Assembly: GCA_963845535.1 (NCBI GenBank)
Contig: CAWJSK010000002.1
Span: 124,160-188,159, forward strand
Source of the DNA: an uncultured Spirochaetota bacterium
GTDB lineage: Bacteria; Spirochaetota; Spirochaetia; SZUA-6; Fen-1364
Length of the DNA stretch: 64,000 nucleotides
Direction of reading: 5' to 3'
The notes beneath the pieces are model-generated. The model ran no database searches, was not told where the DNA came from, and saw only the letters and a program-made list of their open reading frames with translations. The translations under genes and the position numbers were made by a program. How positions within the stretch are numbered: the stretch's first letter is position 1; every line of letters starts with the position of its first letter. Positions 51,352 through 62,165 of the stretch are shown in pieces.

Positions 51352-52259
51352 GGGGCCACCTGCTCTCTGGCCAGAATGAAGATCTCAGGCCTGTACTCGA
51401 AGTGCATCGTATCGAAGAAAAGCCACTTGCCTCCCCAGACAAAGCCGTGCTTCTCGAAGATGTTGACAACCGAAAGCGGGACCATCCAGCGTTGGTCGTA
51501 CGGTGTGGTCCACCAGTCCACAGCCTTGTCCCCTGCCCTCTCCATTACCCATCGCCAATAAGGGGTTTTCCCGCCGTAGCGTCGGGGAATGAGGTCCAGC
51601 GCGAGCCCGTAGCTATGGTAGCTGCGGGTGGCCGTGCCCGCGACGTCCCGATAATTGAACCCGTCCACCTCGGAAAGGCCGGCGAAGAACGCGGCAGCCT
51701 GCGGGTCCGTCTGGCGGAGCGTCGAGCACTCCGCGGCAACATCAGCGAGCGGCCCTGCAATCCTCTGGTGCACCCGTACGGGAAATCCCAGGAAATCGAC
51801 GGTGACAAGGTGGCTTTCCGTCGCCGTGCGGGAGCCGGCGCCATAGAGGAGCTCCAGGAAATCCTCCGATCTGCGCGGCGGATGCGCGCGGGACTCCTTG
51901 AGCGCTTGCCGAAGGAGCGCCGCAGTTGCCGCGTCCAGTTGAGGGAGCGGAAGAAGGCCGCCCAGTGGATAGGGATAGAAGCGAAAGCGCGCGTAGCGTT
52001 CGGAATGCGCGCGCTGGGACTCCAGCAGGATGCGGCCGCGCGCCCAGAAGAACCACTGCCCATCCACGTCAACCGCCCAGTCACCGTCAACCTGGGCCGC
52101 CTGGCTGATCCGATCAGGATACGCTTCAGCAAGAGCCTTCATTTCCCGTTCACCCGAGCTTTCCGCGCCGGGGGGCGGAAACAGGTTTACTCCCTGCGCC
52201 CAGGCTTCGGCGCCGAAGCACAGGACCGCCCCGGCCAGGAGGAGTGTGATCTGCTTCAA
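51348..52259 (-). CDS. M15-family zinc peptidase (peptidoglycan)
   Basis: Signal peptide; R....SYHSYGLALD, FEKHGFVWGGKW, DTMHFEY. Confidence 0.88.
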   Translation of the reverse strand: MKQITLLLAGAVLCFGAEAWAQGVNLFPPPGAESSGEREMKALAEAYPDRISQAAQVDGDWAVDVDGQWFFWARGRILLESQRAHSERYARFRFYPYPLGGLLPLPQLDAATAALLRQALKESRAHPPRRSEDFLELLYGAGSRTATESHLVTVDFLGFPVRVHQRIAGPLADVAAECSTLRQTDPQAAAFFAGLSEVDGFNYRDVAGTATRSYHSYGLALDLIPRRYGGKTPYWRWVMERAGDKAVDWWTTPYDQRWMVPLSVVNIFEKHGFVWGGKWLFFDTMHFEYRPEIFILAREQVAP

Positions 52260-53078
52260 TCCCAGATCCCCGTGATTGGCTGCGCGGACCGGTCTTCCCC
52301 GATTGGGGGGAGGCCGTAGATGTCTTCGATGGTCCGCAGGACGGAGTAGTGCGTAATGGGCTGGTCAGAGCTGCCCGGTCTTACGTGCGCGCCAACGATG
52401 ATCGTGGCAATGGGTGTGGCGGCCGGGAACTGGAAGACGGGGCCTTCGTCAAAGGTGACGATCAGCAAGCTGTTGTGCCCGACAGCCCAACGCGCGTAGT
52501 CCTCCATGTTTTTCAATAACCACGCATCGCCTTCCCGTACCGAGCCGTCGTGCATGTCGTTACGCAGGTTGGGGATGACGAAGGAGACGACAGGCAGAGC
52601 GGCAAAGTCTCCGGAAGGAAAGTCAGTGAGCGGCTGGTTGACGGCGTCTGGCACGGTTGTGAAGCTGGCCCACGGGTTGTGCTTGCGAACATAGTCGCCG
52701 GCACGGTCCCCGCGGAAACCGGCCCGTGGCAGGCTTTCGCTGTAGCCGACGAACGTAAGGCCCTCGCTGGCCAGGGACAGGGCAAGGTTCGGTCCGCTCA
52801 AATCGTAATGGCCATCATCCTGCACCCCGTGCGTGGAGCCGCTGAACAGGGCCAGATAGTTGGGCTGGCTCGGGTGAGCCACGGCGAATGATCGCGTAAA
52901 GAAAACCCCGCGCGAGGCCAGGGAGGCGAGGTATGGGCTTTCGGCAACCTAGGGAATGGTTCTCTTCGATAATAAGGACGACGTGATCGTAGCGGGGGAG
53001 GGTAATCTCCGCGGCAGAAAGGGAGGCCGCGGTGAGTAGAACAATCAGAGCGAATATTGGCGTTTTTCCCAGGTGCAT
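52256..53078 (-). CDS. Exported phosphoesterase (acid phosphatase/PLC family); frameshifted
   Basis: DHVVLIIEENHS, HPSQPNYLALFSG, RKHNP, DMHDG, VTFDE, HYSVLRTIE. Confidence 0.85.
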
Positions 53079-53265
53079 GGAAGGAATATACTGTCACTAA
53101 GGTGGCATGGGGAGCCATCGTTTCCATGCAAATCAGAGCACGGTGGTATAAAGGGGAGGATTCCGTTGGGATGATCCTGAAATTGGAATTCGCTGGCCTG
53201 TACATGATCCTATCGTTTCAGCAAAGGACCGGGCTTTGCGGGCATGGAGTGACATGCCGGCAGTT

Positions 53266-54969
53266 CTACCTTAGAAGCGCATAGATTGTAACTACAGTCG
53301 ACACGGCTGTTATGACGGAAAGGATGATCGGTAAGTCCCTGTTGAAGTTATATTGGAACTTGTCGGCATAGATGTAGATCCGATCTCCCGGCTGCAGAGC
53401 CTCACCAGGCTTTCGCGAATTGCCCTTTGAGTCGAAGACCACCACCTTCGTGTTCGTGCTCTTCTCTGGGTCGAACCCTCCCGCTTGGTTTTCATAATCT
53501 GAGACCGAAAAATCCACGCGATACGCGAAATTGCCGGGATTCAAGACAGCTCCCTGGACTGTCACACGGGCGGCCGTCAGGTATATCCGGCTCCCGGGCT
53601 CGATGAAATCCCCGGCGGGATGCCGCTGCCCGTGGGTATCCAGAATGACGATATTCTTTGGTATTTCTTCGATATCGGCAAAACCCGCGAGATCTGCATA
53701 GTGGCGGTAGGTTTCGGAAGGAGTGTAGGGGTAGTTTCCGGGTCGAGCCACATCTCCGTAAACGGCTACGGAAAACTGCGACGCAGGTATGATGATCCGA
53801 TCAAGCGGCCACAAGGGAATATCCGACGACAGGTTCCCCGCAAGCAAGGCCGAGAGATCCACCGGAATTGGCTCCGAGAGGCCTTCCCTGACGAGGAAAC
53901 TGCCGGCGAGATTCGCGTTCGGCGAAATCTGGTTCTTTAATGACACGAGCGCGTTCTTCAGGGTCTCACCCTGCCGGAAGCTGTAGGGAATGCGATTGTA
54001 GACCACGGGGGTGAACATCCCCTGTGATTCGGGAGCGGGAGCGGTGGGCGTTGTCTGTGGTGTTTCCGTTATCACGGCGCCTTCGAAGTACACCACGGGC
54101 AGGGTCGTTGTCTTGGAGGGTATTGTAATTACGTCACCGTCTTTGAGAGCAACCTGACTGCCCCCTTCATGGCTCATGTCCACGTAGAGGGTTTGAGCCT
54201 TTTCACCTGAGACGCGATCAATTCGTATCCGGGTGGTTTCAGCCGCAGCAGTCAAACCGCCGCCAAAGAAGTCGATCATTTCTTTCAGCTGTTCTGAAAC
54301 GAGTAGCTGGTATTTTCCCGGTCGCTTGACCTCCCCGGCAACCTCGACCATGCGTTCAGCGGGGGATAGGACCACCGTGTCGCCCGGTCTCATGGAAGGG
54401 TCCTGGTCCTCGAGTCCCAACCGCTGGAATTGGAAAAGATCGTACTGCTTGTCGGTTCCGTCGCGGGAGATCACTCTAACATTCCTGAGGCATGAATACG
54501 GACTAAGCTTTCCCGCAAGCACGTCACTCAGCCGCGACATGCCCCACGCCTCAGCGTTGCTGGCTTCCGGCGTCTCTCCCTTAATGAATACCCGGAATAC
54601 ACCAACCGAGGAAATGGTCAAGGACGGCAAGCTCCGTGGATACGCTGCGGCAAAAGCTTTCTCGACTGTCTGCTTCACTTGTGTAAAGGTCATCCCATCG
54701 GCATTCACCTTGCCAAAGACATTCAATTGGACTGCATAATCGCTTCCTACCAGGATTTCCAGCGTGGAAACTGCGCCTCCCTGCTGGAAAGTCAGTCGGT
54801 AGTCGTCACCAGGTGTCACCGGATATGTTGCGCTCGACATCGCAAGACGGAGCTTCTCTGCCGAATCAGGGGCTTTCATTGCATCAGCGCTGCTTGGACT
54901 CTTGTCCTGCGCAAATGCCGTGGCGAGGGTGAGGCCAAATACAACAATTGCCAGGACCAACCTATTCAT
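53266..54969 (-). CDS. Multi-SLBB polysaccharide export protein
   Basis: Signal peptide; YPVTPGD, repeated V.G.V..PG.Y SLBB units, C-terminal helix. Confidence 0.85.
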   Translation of the reverse strand: MNRLVLAIVVFGLTLATAFAQDKSPSSADAMKAPDSAEKLRLAMSSATYPVTPGDDYRLTFQQGGAVSTLEILVGSDYAVQLNVFGKVNADGMTFTQVKQTVEKAFAAAYPRSLPSLTISSVGVFRVFIKGETPEASNAEAWGMSRLSDVLAGKLSPYSCLRNVRVISRDGTDKQYDLFQFQRLGLEDQDPSMRPGDTVVLSPAERMVEVAGEVKRPGKYQLLVSEQLKEMIDFFGGGLTAAAETTRIRIDRVSGEKAQTLYVDMSHEGGSQVALKDGDVITIPSKTTTLPVVYFEGAVITETPQTTPTAPAPESQGMFTPVVYNRIPYSFRQGETLKNALVSLKNQISPNANLAGSFLVREGLSEPIPVDLSALLAGNLSSDIPLWPLDRIIIPASQFSVAVYGDVARPGNYPYTPSETYRHYADLAGFADIEEIPKNIVILDTHGQRHPAGDFIEPGSRIYLTAARVTVQGAVLNPGNFAYRVDFSVSDYENQAGGFDPEKSTNTKVVVFDSKGNSRKPGEALQPGDRIYIYADKFQYNFNRDLPIILSVITAVSTVVTIYALLR

Positions 54970-55836
54970 GACAAGCCTCCGATGAAATCTCGCAGCGCTT
55001 CTCTCCAACTGCGGCCTGGCACCGCGAGCATGCACTTGATTTTTCCCGTTGCCAGGCTGGAGTTCTGTGGGCGTCTGGCCCTAGTCGGATATTCCCGTGA
55101 TGCAATTGGCAGTATATCGACGTCGCGTTCCAGCGCGCCGCAGCCGCGCGCGTCTTCGTAGATCGCGCGTGCAAACTCGTACCAACTTGCCCCGCCGTTG
55201 TTTGTGAAGTGATACGTGCCGTAGCGCCGTTCCCGGCGACGCACTATCATGAGCAGAATCTGAGCCAGGTCATGAGCGTAGGTCGGATTCCCTGTCTGAT
55301 CGCAGACTACCCGGACTTCCCGCCGTTCCTGGAAAAGCCGAAGCATTGTGCTGACGAAGTTTTTCCCGTTCTTGCCGTACATCCACGCGGTATCTGATGA
55401 TGAAATGCCGTTCAACAGTCCCCCGGACGGCTATTTCGCCCTCGAGCTTGCTCTTTCCGTACGTGTTAACGGGGGCAGGTTCATCATCTTCCTCGTAATC
55501 AGCGCCTTTTTCCCCGCTGAAGACATAATCCGTGGAGATGTGAACAAGCGCAGCTCCGGCTCTTTGCGCTGCACCCGCCAAATTGAGCGGCCCTGCCGCG
55601 TTCACCGCAAATGCCGCATCACTCTCATCCTCAGCGAGATCCACAGCAGCATAGGCAGCGCAGTTGATGATCCATTCAGGTTGTTCGGGTCCAAGCGAAC
55701 TGAGAAACCGCTTGATTGCCTCTGATTTTGTTACATCCACGTCGCGGTCAGTTGCCACGTGGCGCATCCCCCTCTCTTTCAGGAGAGCCTCAACCTCCGC
55801 GCCGAGCATTCCCTTGCTGCCGACAAGCCAGATCAT
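54966..55836 (-). CDS. rfbD: dTDP-4-dehydrorhamnose reductase; frameshift near 55395
   Basis: GSKGMLG, NCAAY.AVD.AE, ISTDYVF, YGKSK, DQ.G.PT, ARRP.NS.L. Confidence 0.9.
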
Positions 55837-55863
55837 GGCTGATTTTTCAGCATACGTGTGCCC

Positions 55864-56731
55864 CTATTCCCGGGCAATCCTCAGGAGGTACTCCCCGTCG
55901 CCGGACTTCAGGAGCGGCGCCGCGAGCTTCTCGAGCTGCTCCGCTCTGATATATCCCTTTTGGTAGGCAATCTCCTCTATGCAGGCTATCTTGAGACCTT
56001 GCCGCTCTTCCAAGGTCTTCACAAAAACCGAGGCATCTACCAGCGAATCATGGGTTCCCGTGTCCAGCCACGCGTATCCCCTACCCATGATCCTCACGCG
56101 GAGTCGGCAGCACTTGAGATACACGGCGTTCAGGTCCGTGATCTCCTTCTCTCCCCGTGAAGAAGGCTTCAATGACCGGGCAATTGCCGTCACTTCGCTG
56201 TCGTAGAAATAAAGACCGACAACGGCATAGTGGGATTTTGGGACTTTCGGCTTTTCTTCTATGGAACGGACCGCCAGGTCTTCTCCGAGCTCAATGACCC
56301 CGTACCGCTCAGGGTTTTTTACCCAATATCCGAAGATCGTTGCCCCGTCCTGTTCGACCGAGGATTCGAGAAGAAGCTGGCTCAGGTCATGACCGAAGAA
56401 GATGTTGTCCCCGAGAATGAGGCAGACATGGTCACTCCCTATGAATTTTTCCCCGATGATGAATGCCTCAGCAATCCCTGTCGGTTTGGGCTGTTCAAGA
56501 TAGGAAAAGGAGAGTCCCAGGGAAGAGCCGTCACCGAAGAGAGCCATGAATCTCGGCAGATCCTGCGGTGTGGATATGATCAGGATCTCACGAATCCCGG
56601 CGAGCATGAGGATGGAGAGGGGGTAATAGATCATGGGCTTGTCATACACCGGGCAATAGCTGCTTGCAGATCACGCTCGTGGCCGGATAGAGACGGGTGC
56701 CGGAGCCGCCCGCGAGAATTATCCCCTTCAT
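55864..56731 (-). CDS. rfbA: Glucose-1-phosphate thymidylyltransferase; frameshift near 56655
   Basis: [54 protein letters not shown]. Confidence 0.94.
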
Positions 56732-58362
56732 TCTCCCGTCCCCTTGCGGATGCTCTCCTTGATCCTCTTGATGTGCCCGCGCCCCAACCCCTTCACCTCG
56801 CAGCCAAGCTCGAGGTAACGGCGAATCTTCTGGTCGTCCAGGATGAGAAAGCAGTCGATGATTGCGAACGGCTTTCCAACGGCACGGAAGACAGCGTCGG
56901 GATCCAGGTCAAGGTAGGCGGAATGCCGCACTGCGAGTATGATCACCTTCACCCCTGCCATTGCCGCCCACATATCGTTCTGGATCTGAAGGCATTTCAG
57001 ACCAGCTTGTCGAGAGAAAAATCGTGCGCGCGTAACATCGGCAGCATCTTCCTGCGTATCAAACTCCGGCCAGCTCTTCAGGTAAGGGTCATGGACTTTT
57101 ATCTTTGCACCCATCTCCGTAAGCCGACGGACTATCAACTCCGAACCGCTATAGCGGGTGTCCCCGACGTCCTCCCGGTAGGACACACCCAGCACCAGCA
57201 CATCGGCCGCGGCAACCGGCTCACCCATATTGCGGAGGGCGTCACGAACGAGCTGCGGTACATGGAGGGCTCTGGTGTCGTTGATGTCGACGGCCAAAGG
57301 GGTCATTCGGAAGATTTCATCCTCCCACCCCAGGATGTGCTGGTACGCCCATACGCCAAGGCCTCCATCCTTGGGCAGGCAGTAGCCCCCAACGCCCGGA
57401 CCGGGGAAAAGGATGTTCGAATGAGTGGGCCTTACACGGATGGCCTCAATGACCTTCTTGAGGTCCACTCCATTTCTCTCAGCAAACAGCGACCACTCGT
57501 CCATGAAAGCAAGGATCACAGCGCGAAAGCTGTTCTCGATGATTTTCGCCGTCTCTGATTCGATTGGGGTGTCAAGAACGGTCAGTGGATACTTCTTGGT
57601 ATCGAGGACAGAACTGAGAAAATTGACAACCCTTTCCTGCGCTTCGCGGTTGATGCCGCTGCACACGCGCCAGAAGTCCCGTACGGAAGCGACATAGTTC
57701 TTTCCCGGCATGACCCGTTCATAACTGTGGGCAAGAAGGGGCGGGGTGTGGACCCCTCTTTTTTCGAAGGCCTGCTTGATGATGGGAAAAGCTATTTGCT
57801 CGGTTGTTCCCGGCGCGACAGTGGTTTCGATGAGGATGAGCGCGGAGGGATCCGCATATGCGCCGATCCTTGCGAACGTCTCCTCCAGGGCAATCATATC
57901 CACGGTGCCGGTCCTGACGTTTCCGAGCGAGTTCTTGGAATAGTCGCACTGGACGTCCACTACCACCACGTTCGCAACGCTGAGAATCTCTTCCACGTGT
58001 GTGGCAACGAATGTTTTTTTTTCGATGGTGCACCGGCGGATAATCCGCGGAACCTCAGGGTCCTCAGAGGTGACCGGTGACTCGCCACGGTTGAGGGCAG
58101 GGATTTTCCAGTAGCTCTTGGGGCTGGGGCGCTGGAGTCCAATAACGAACTTGGTCGGTTTACCTTGGCCGTCCGCGGCATCCGCTATCACCGCGGCCAT
58201 GACAATACCGACAAAGCCGAGGCCCACCACGACCACTACCTCTCGGCCGGCAGTTTTCTCCAGTCGGACGCGCGCACACAGCTCTTCGAGCTCTTTTTGG
58301 GATTCCTGTGCAGTGGGGAGAGTGGTCGCCTGCAGTGTAATGCTTTTTAACTGGACTTTCAT
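56728..58362 (-). CDS. Nucleotide-sugar dehydrogenase (UDP-Glc/GDP-Man family)
   Basis: [42 protein letters not shown]. Confidence 0.92.
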   Translation of the reverse strand: MKVQLKSITLQATTLPTAQESQKELEELCARVRLEKTAGREVVVVVGLGFVGIVMAAVIADAADGQGKPTKFVIGLQRPSPKSYWKIPALNRGESPVTSEDPEVPRIIRRCTIEKKTFVATHVEEILSVANVVVVDVQCDYSKNSLGNVRTGTVDMIALEETFARIGAYADPSALILIETTVAPGTTEQIAFPIIKQAFEKRGVHTPPLLAHSYERVMPGKNYVASVRDFWRVCSGINREAQERVVNFLSSVLDTKKYPLTVLDTPIESETAKIIENSFRAVILAFMDEWSLFAERNGVDLKKVIEAIRVRPTHSNILFPGPGVGGYCLPKDGGLGVWAYQHILGWEDEIFRMTPLAVDINDTRALHVPQLVRDALRNMGEPVAAADVLVLGVSYREDVGDTRYSGSELIVRRLTEMGAKIKVHDPYLKSWPEFDTQEDAADVTRARFFSRQAGLKCLQIQNDMWAAMAGVKVIILAVRHSAYLDLDPDAVFRAVGKPFAIIDCFLILDDQKIRRYLELGCEVKGLGRGHIKRIKESIRKGTGE

Positions 58363-58430
58363 AGTGCCACTATATAACGATTCATTCCCGGATTCCATCC
58401 TGTTTTGTGCAACGGTCAGAGCCGGAATTG

Positions 58431-59036
58431 CTATTTGGTTTTTGCCTCGGAGCGCATGAAATAGATGACTACCCCAAGGCTCGCATTGTTGCCCATCCTC
58501 GTATTGATCAAGTAGTCGAATGTGCTCTGGGAGGTTTGAAGATCCGTGGTGTCGGTAAGATCAGCCGCAACCTCATATTCCGCGAAAACAGACAAGAAAT
58601 CCAAAATAAACACTTCAATCCCCGCGACCGCCCCCAGGGAGCCGGTGACTGCGGAGGTGACGTTGCTCTGCGTCATGTACCCAAGACTGACCGACGCTCC
58701 CACATAGGGGGAGACTGGCCCTGGAATGAAGTGATACTCCACCGTTGTGCCAAGATCCACCGCGTATGACTGCGAGCTCCCGTTTATGGTGAAGTCGAAA
58801 AGCCCTCGGAGGTCGAGCTTTCCCCAGCCAATCTTGGCGCCCAGGCCCGCCTGGTAGCTTTCGAGCCCAAAGAGCAAATTGCTGGTGTTGAAAATCGCCC
58901 CTACATCAACAGGCCCCTTTGTCGTGGAGACATTCGGTATCAGGCTGCCTCCCTCAGCACAAAGAGGAGGGGTGATAATTGCGAGAATGACCATGGCAAT
59001 CAACCCACGAATCGTCTTTTGTGTTCCTTTTTTCAT
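58431..59036 (-). CDS. Exported beta-strand-rich protein, probable small outer-membrane barrel
   Basis: Signal peptide, VSPYVGA, AGIEVF, SVFAEY, terminal LGVVIYF strand. Confidence 0.6.
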   Translation of the reverse strand: MKKGTQKTIRGLIAMVILAIITPPLCAEGGSLIPNVSTTKGPVDVGAIFNTSNLLFGLESYQAGLGAKIGWGKLDLRGLFDFTINGSSQSYAVDLGTTVEYHFIPGPVSPYVGASVSLGYMTQSNVTSAVTGSLGAVAGIEVFILDFLSVFAEYEVAADLTDTTDLQTSQSTFDYLINTRMGNNASLGVVIYFMRSEAKTK

Positions 59037-59064
59037 TAGTGCAACCCCCAATCTTTCTCTGTCA

Positions 59065-59463
59065 TCAATTGGATGCGGACCAAACCAGATACCAACCACC
59101 AAAAGGAATTGCAGATGCATCCAAGGACGAGTGGAGTCCTGAGGTGCCGCCATTCGAATTGATTGCGCTTACCGCAAAATCAAACTCTCCGTCCCCAAGA
59201 TCTGAATGTTTCACGGCGAGCGCTGGATGCGGAGTTGCGGGAATCTCGACGAAAAGGTTCCATCCCGCGCTCAGGTGCCGCCGCCAGTAAATACGATATG
59301 TTGATATGGCTAGGGGAGGAGAAGGGAACTGCAGCGCGGGCGGATCCCATTCCAGAGTTATGGCGGCCGATGAGACTCTGATCGGAAACCAACCGCTCGA
59401 CGGCGGAAGAGGACAGGTGCTCAGGCAGAGAACCGAGATGATGGAAATCGCGGTTATTTGCAA
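59065..59463 (-). CDS. Small exported fibronectin type III-like protein; start uncertain
   Basis: ITLEWDPP, YRIYW, FAVSAIN..G.S. Confidence 0.55.
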   Translation of the reverse strand: MQITAISIISVLCLSTCPLPPSSGWFPIRVSSAAITLEWDPPALQFPSPPLAISTYRIYWRRHLSAGWNLFVEIPATPHPALAVKHSDLGDGEFDFAVSAINSNGGTSGLHSSLDASAIPFGGWYLVWSASN

Positions 59464-59494
59464 GGTTTTGACGATAGATCCTCACCGCCCTTCC

Positions 59495-60688
59495 TCAACT
59501 GCTCTTTTTAGGAATGGCCCTTTTTTCCCGGCTCCTTTGTAATTGGGATACCCCATTCAGGAGAAACGCAAGCGCCGCGCTCGAAATGAACGCTATGACA
59601 ATAGCTTCAGCTATGATTCTTGTTCGCTGTGGTCCCGATTTTGTATCAGGAACTTCAGCCAGCTCCATGACCTGGAATGGAGGCTCGGAATCCGAAGTCA
59701 GCTTCATGACCTCGTACTGGTGGGAAATCGTATTGTAAATCTTTCTCTGTACATCGAGCTCGACGCTGAGGTTATTGAACTCCGTTTGAACGTCGGGAAG
59801 GCTCTGCGGGTTGATCTTGCTGTCAAGGGTTTCCGGCATTCCTTGCTGCATCCCGTTGATGAGGTCACTGATACTCTGCCGCTCTTCCTGCATTTGCTGA
59901 AGCTTGGGATCATCCATGGTAGCGATGCTTGAATAGTTCTTGATGTCGATCTCTTTGAGAATCAGCTGGGAACGAAGCGCGGCCAGAGCTGAAGCTTGTG
60001 AGGCTCCCAGGTCCTGCGCAGTAAGCACGCCATATTTCTTCTGCAGTTCGTTCTGCCGACTCTCAAGCGTGTCGATGTCGGCTTTGACTTCGGTGATCTT
60101 TTCCTCCAAAAGCTGCTTTTGCCGTTGCTTTGAGCTTCCCATGTTCTGTGAGTACCAATCAGACAGCAGCGATACCATGCGGTTGGTAAGGTTTTTTGCG
60201 AACACAGGGTCGGTGTCTTTGTAAGAAATCGTAATGGCGGCGGCGGCCCGGTTATTGTCGAAGTGCAGGTTGGCCACAAGCACTTTTCTGGATCGACTCT
60301 TGATCTGGTCTTTGATATGGAACTTGTCGACAATCGCGAACTCTTCCGCTATCTTGTCGAGAAACGTACGGCTTTGCAGGACCATGAGCAAAAAGGCGCC
60401 AGCGTCGAACCCTGTCGAAGTGTCTGCTGGGCTAGTCAGGATTCCTAAGGCGGAGCGTATGGATGACGAAAGGTCATTTTCAGCACTTTTTTGAACAAGA
60501 ATGGTCGCGCTGGCAGTGTATTGGTTGGGGAGCGGGCTTTTTTCCGGAGGAAGAAGAATGCTTGCCGCGCAGAAGGCCAGGACCCCGATGGTGGCAGCGG
60601 CCGTTACAGCGACGATAAGCCAACGATATTTCCAGAGGATTGCAAGGTAGTAAACAAGGCCCTCAAGAAGGCTTCTTTCCTCGTTCAA
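59495..60688 (-). CDS. Wzz/GumC-like polysaccharide co-polymerase
   Basis: LWKYRWLI, PNQYTASATIL, coiled coil, AEVP..KSGP.R, two TM helices; no kinase domain. Confidence 0.88.
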   Translation of the reverse strand: MNEERSLLEGLVYYLAILWKYRWLIVAVTAAATIGVLAFCAASILLPPEKSPLPNQYTASATILVQKSAENDLSSSIRSALGILTSPADTSTGFDAGAFLLMVLQSRTFLDKIAEEFAIVDKFHIKDQIKSRSRKVLVANLHFDNNRAAAAITISYKDTDPVFAKNLTNRMVSLLSDWYSQNMGSSKQRQKQLLEEKITEVKADIDTLESRQNELQKKYGVLTAQDLGASQASALAALRSQLILKEIDIKNYSSIATMDDPKLQQMQEERQSISDLINGMQQGMPETLDSKINPQSLPDVQTEFNNLSVELDVQRKIYNTISHQYEVMKLTSDSEPPFQVMELAEVPDTKSGPQRTRIIAEAIVIAFISSAALAFLLNGVSQLQRSREKRAIPKKSS

Positions 60689-60829
60689 TTCTCTATTCCC
60701 ACTTTAAAGTTTGATCGTCGCAGGTCTTCATTCTACTTCAATGAATCTGCCACGTAAAGGCTTGCTAGCGGTAATACGGGTATCAGTATCAGAAAGGCTT
60801 GAAAATAACCCTCGAAAGACTTAGAATGC

Positions 60830-61495
60830 ATGCAAATGTCTGATATATCCGATAAAAATAGTAAGATTTTCTTGATTGGCACAGATAACTCCTTAAACGG
60901 AGCGCTATCATATGTGTTTGAGCGTGAAATCTGCTCACAATGCGTTATCCTCGAAAATGGCAGCTCTTTTCCCGCGGATGAAGCAACCTCAGGCAATAAG
61001 AAGATCATTTTTCTGATTGATTGCCTTGAGCGGGACTTTGAAAAAGAGCTTATTGGGCTTCCATCGAAAGAGCTCTCGAAAAATGAGAGAACAACAGTTG
61101 CACTCTTCAACCTTCAAAAGGGAACGTGGGTTGAAAGGAGAGCATTCAAAAAGGGGATCAAAGGATTCTTTTACAGAGATGACAGTCTCGTGCACATGCT
61201 GAAGGGGCTACGGTCGCTCATCAAGGGTGAGATTTGGGTTTCGAGAGAAATCCTTGTGGAGGTCGCACTGCAGAGCCGGACTAAAATGGAACGTGCGGTC
61301 CATGAAAAAGCCGACCTTAGCCGCAGGGAAACAGAGATCCTGGCGCTCCTAAGCATTGGTTCGAGTAACGATGATATTGCTGAGAAGCTTTTCATAAGCC
61401 CTAACACGGTGAAAACCCACCTTTATCGCATCTTCAGAAAAATCAAAGTCCCAAATCGGTTTCAAGCTGCCCTATGGGCCGCCAAGAACCTTTAG
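60830..61495 (+). CDS. LuxR-family regulator, CsgD/VpsT-like
   Basis: Atypical REC, GIKGFFY, GEIWVSR, LSRRETEIL, SN.DIAEKLFISPNTVKTHLY.IF.K, NRFQA.LWA. Confidence 0.88.
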   Translation: MQMSDISDKNSKIFLIGTDNSLNGALSYVFEREICSQCVILENGSSFPADEATSGNKKIIFLIDCLERDFEKELIGLPSKELSKNERTTVALFNLQKGTWVERRAFKKGIKGFFYRDDSLVHMLKGLRSLIKGEIWVSREILVEVALQSRTKMERAVHEKADLSRRETEILALLSIGSSNDDIAEKLFISPNTVKTHLYRIFRKIKVPNRFQAALWAAKNL

Positions 61496-61670
61496 TAATA
61501 CTCCTCCGCACTAAGGAATGTGGGTTTCGTATGAACTTTTGCATTAGCCTTTTCTTGTTTCGTCATGCTAGATTAATAGCAAAGTAAGCCCCTTTTCTGA
61601 TGGCGGACCATCAGGCAATCACGGTAAACTTGCTCGTTAATAAAAGGTCTAGAACAAAAGTGGAGATAAA

Positions 61671-62021
61671 ATGGAAGAAAGAAGGAAGCTCGAGCGCTTC
61701 GAGATTCACGCGCCGGCTCGGGTCTTGATTGACTCTCAGGGCAACAGAAGAGACGAATACAACCTAACGACTCGCGACGTATCGTCGGGCGGCGCTTTCC
61801 TCTTTTCATCCCAGAACCTTCCCGAAGGCGCCAACGTACGAATGGAGTTTCTCATCTCTCCAGATACGCTTCAAAAACTCGCCGGGAAGGAGGCGGGGGC
61901 AAGAATAACTGTCAAAGGGAAGGTCATCAGATCGGATTCGAGCGGAATAGCAATCAGATTCGACAGCAGCTACAAGATAACGGCCCTCGATACGTACAGC
62001 TCGCATAGCGGCATGCATTGA
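61671..62021 (+). CDS. Single-domain PilZ protein
   Basis: ERRKLER (RxxxR) and DVSSGG (DxSxxG), GKVIR, IAIRF. Confidence 0.9.
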   Translation: MEERRKLERFEIHAPARVLIDSQGNRRDEYNLTTRDVSSGGAFLFSSQNLPEGANVRMEFLISPDTLQKLAGKEAGARITVKGKVIRSDSSGIAIRFDSSYKITALDTYSSHSGMH

Positions 62022-62165
62022 TTGCAGGCGCTCTGAGAGCGCGCAAAGGAGTTCGTTTCGGCGGCACTTTGCGTATTCAAGTCTTTTGAAGACGGTGGAA
62101 GGACGCATTCGGCGTCGAATGCGCTCCGACACAGAAGGGGGAAGACCGTCCAAGAGGGTTTGAAT

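Noticed and set aside
53215..53262. GCAAAGCCCGG on the minus strand resembling part of a c-di-GMP-I riboswitch
   Set aside because: Lacks the preceding GCAAAC..GAAA..G P2 element.
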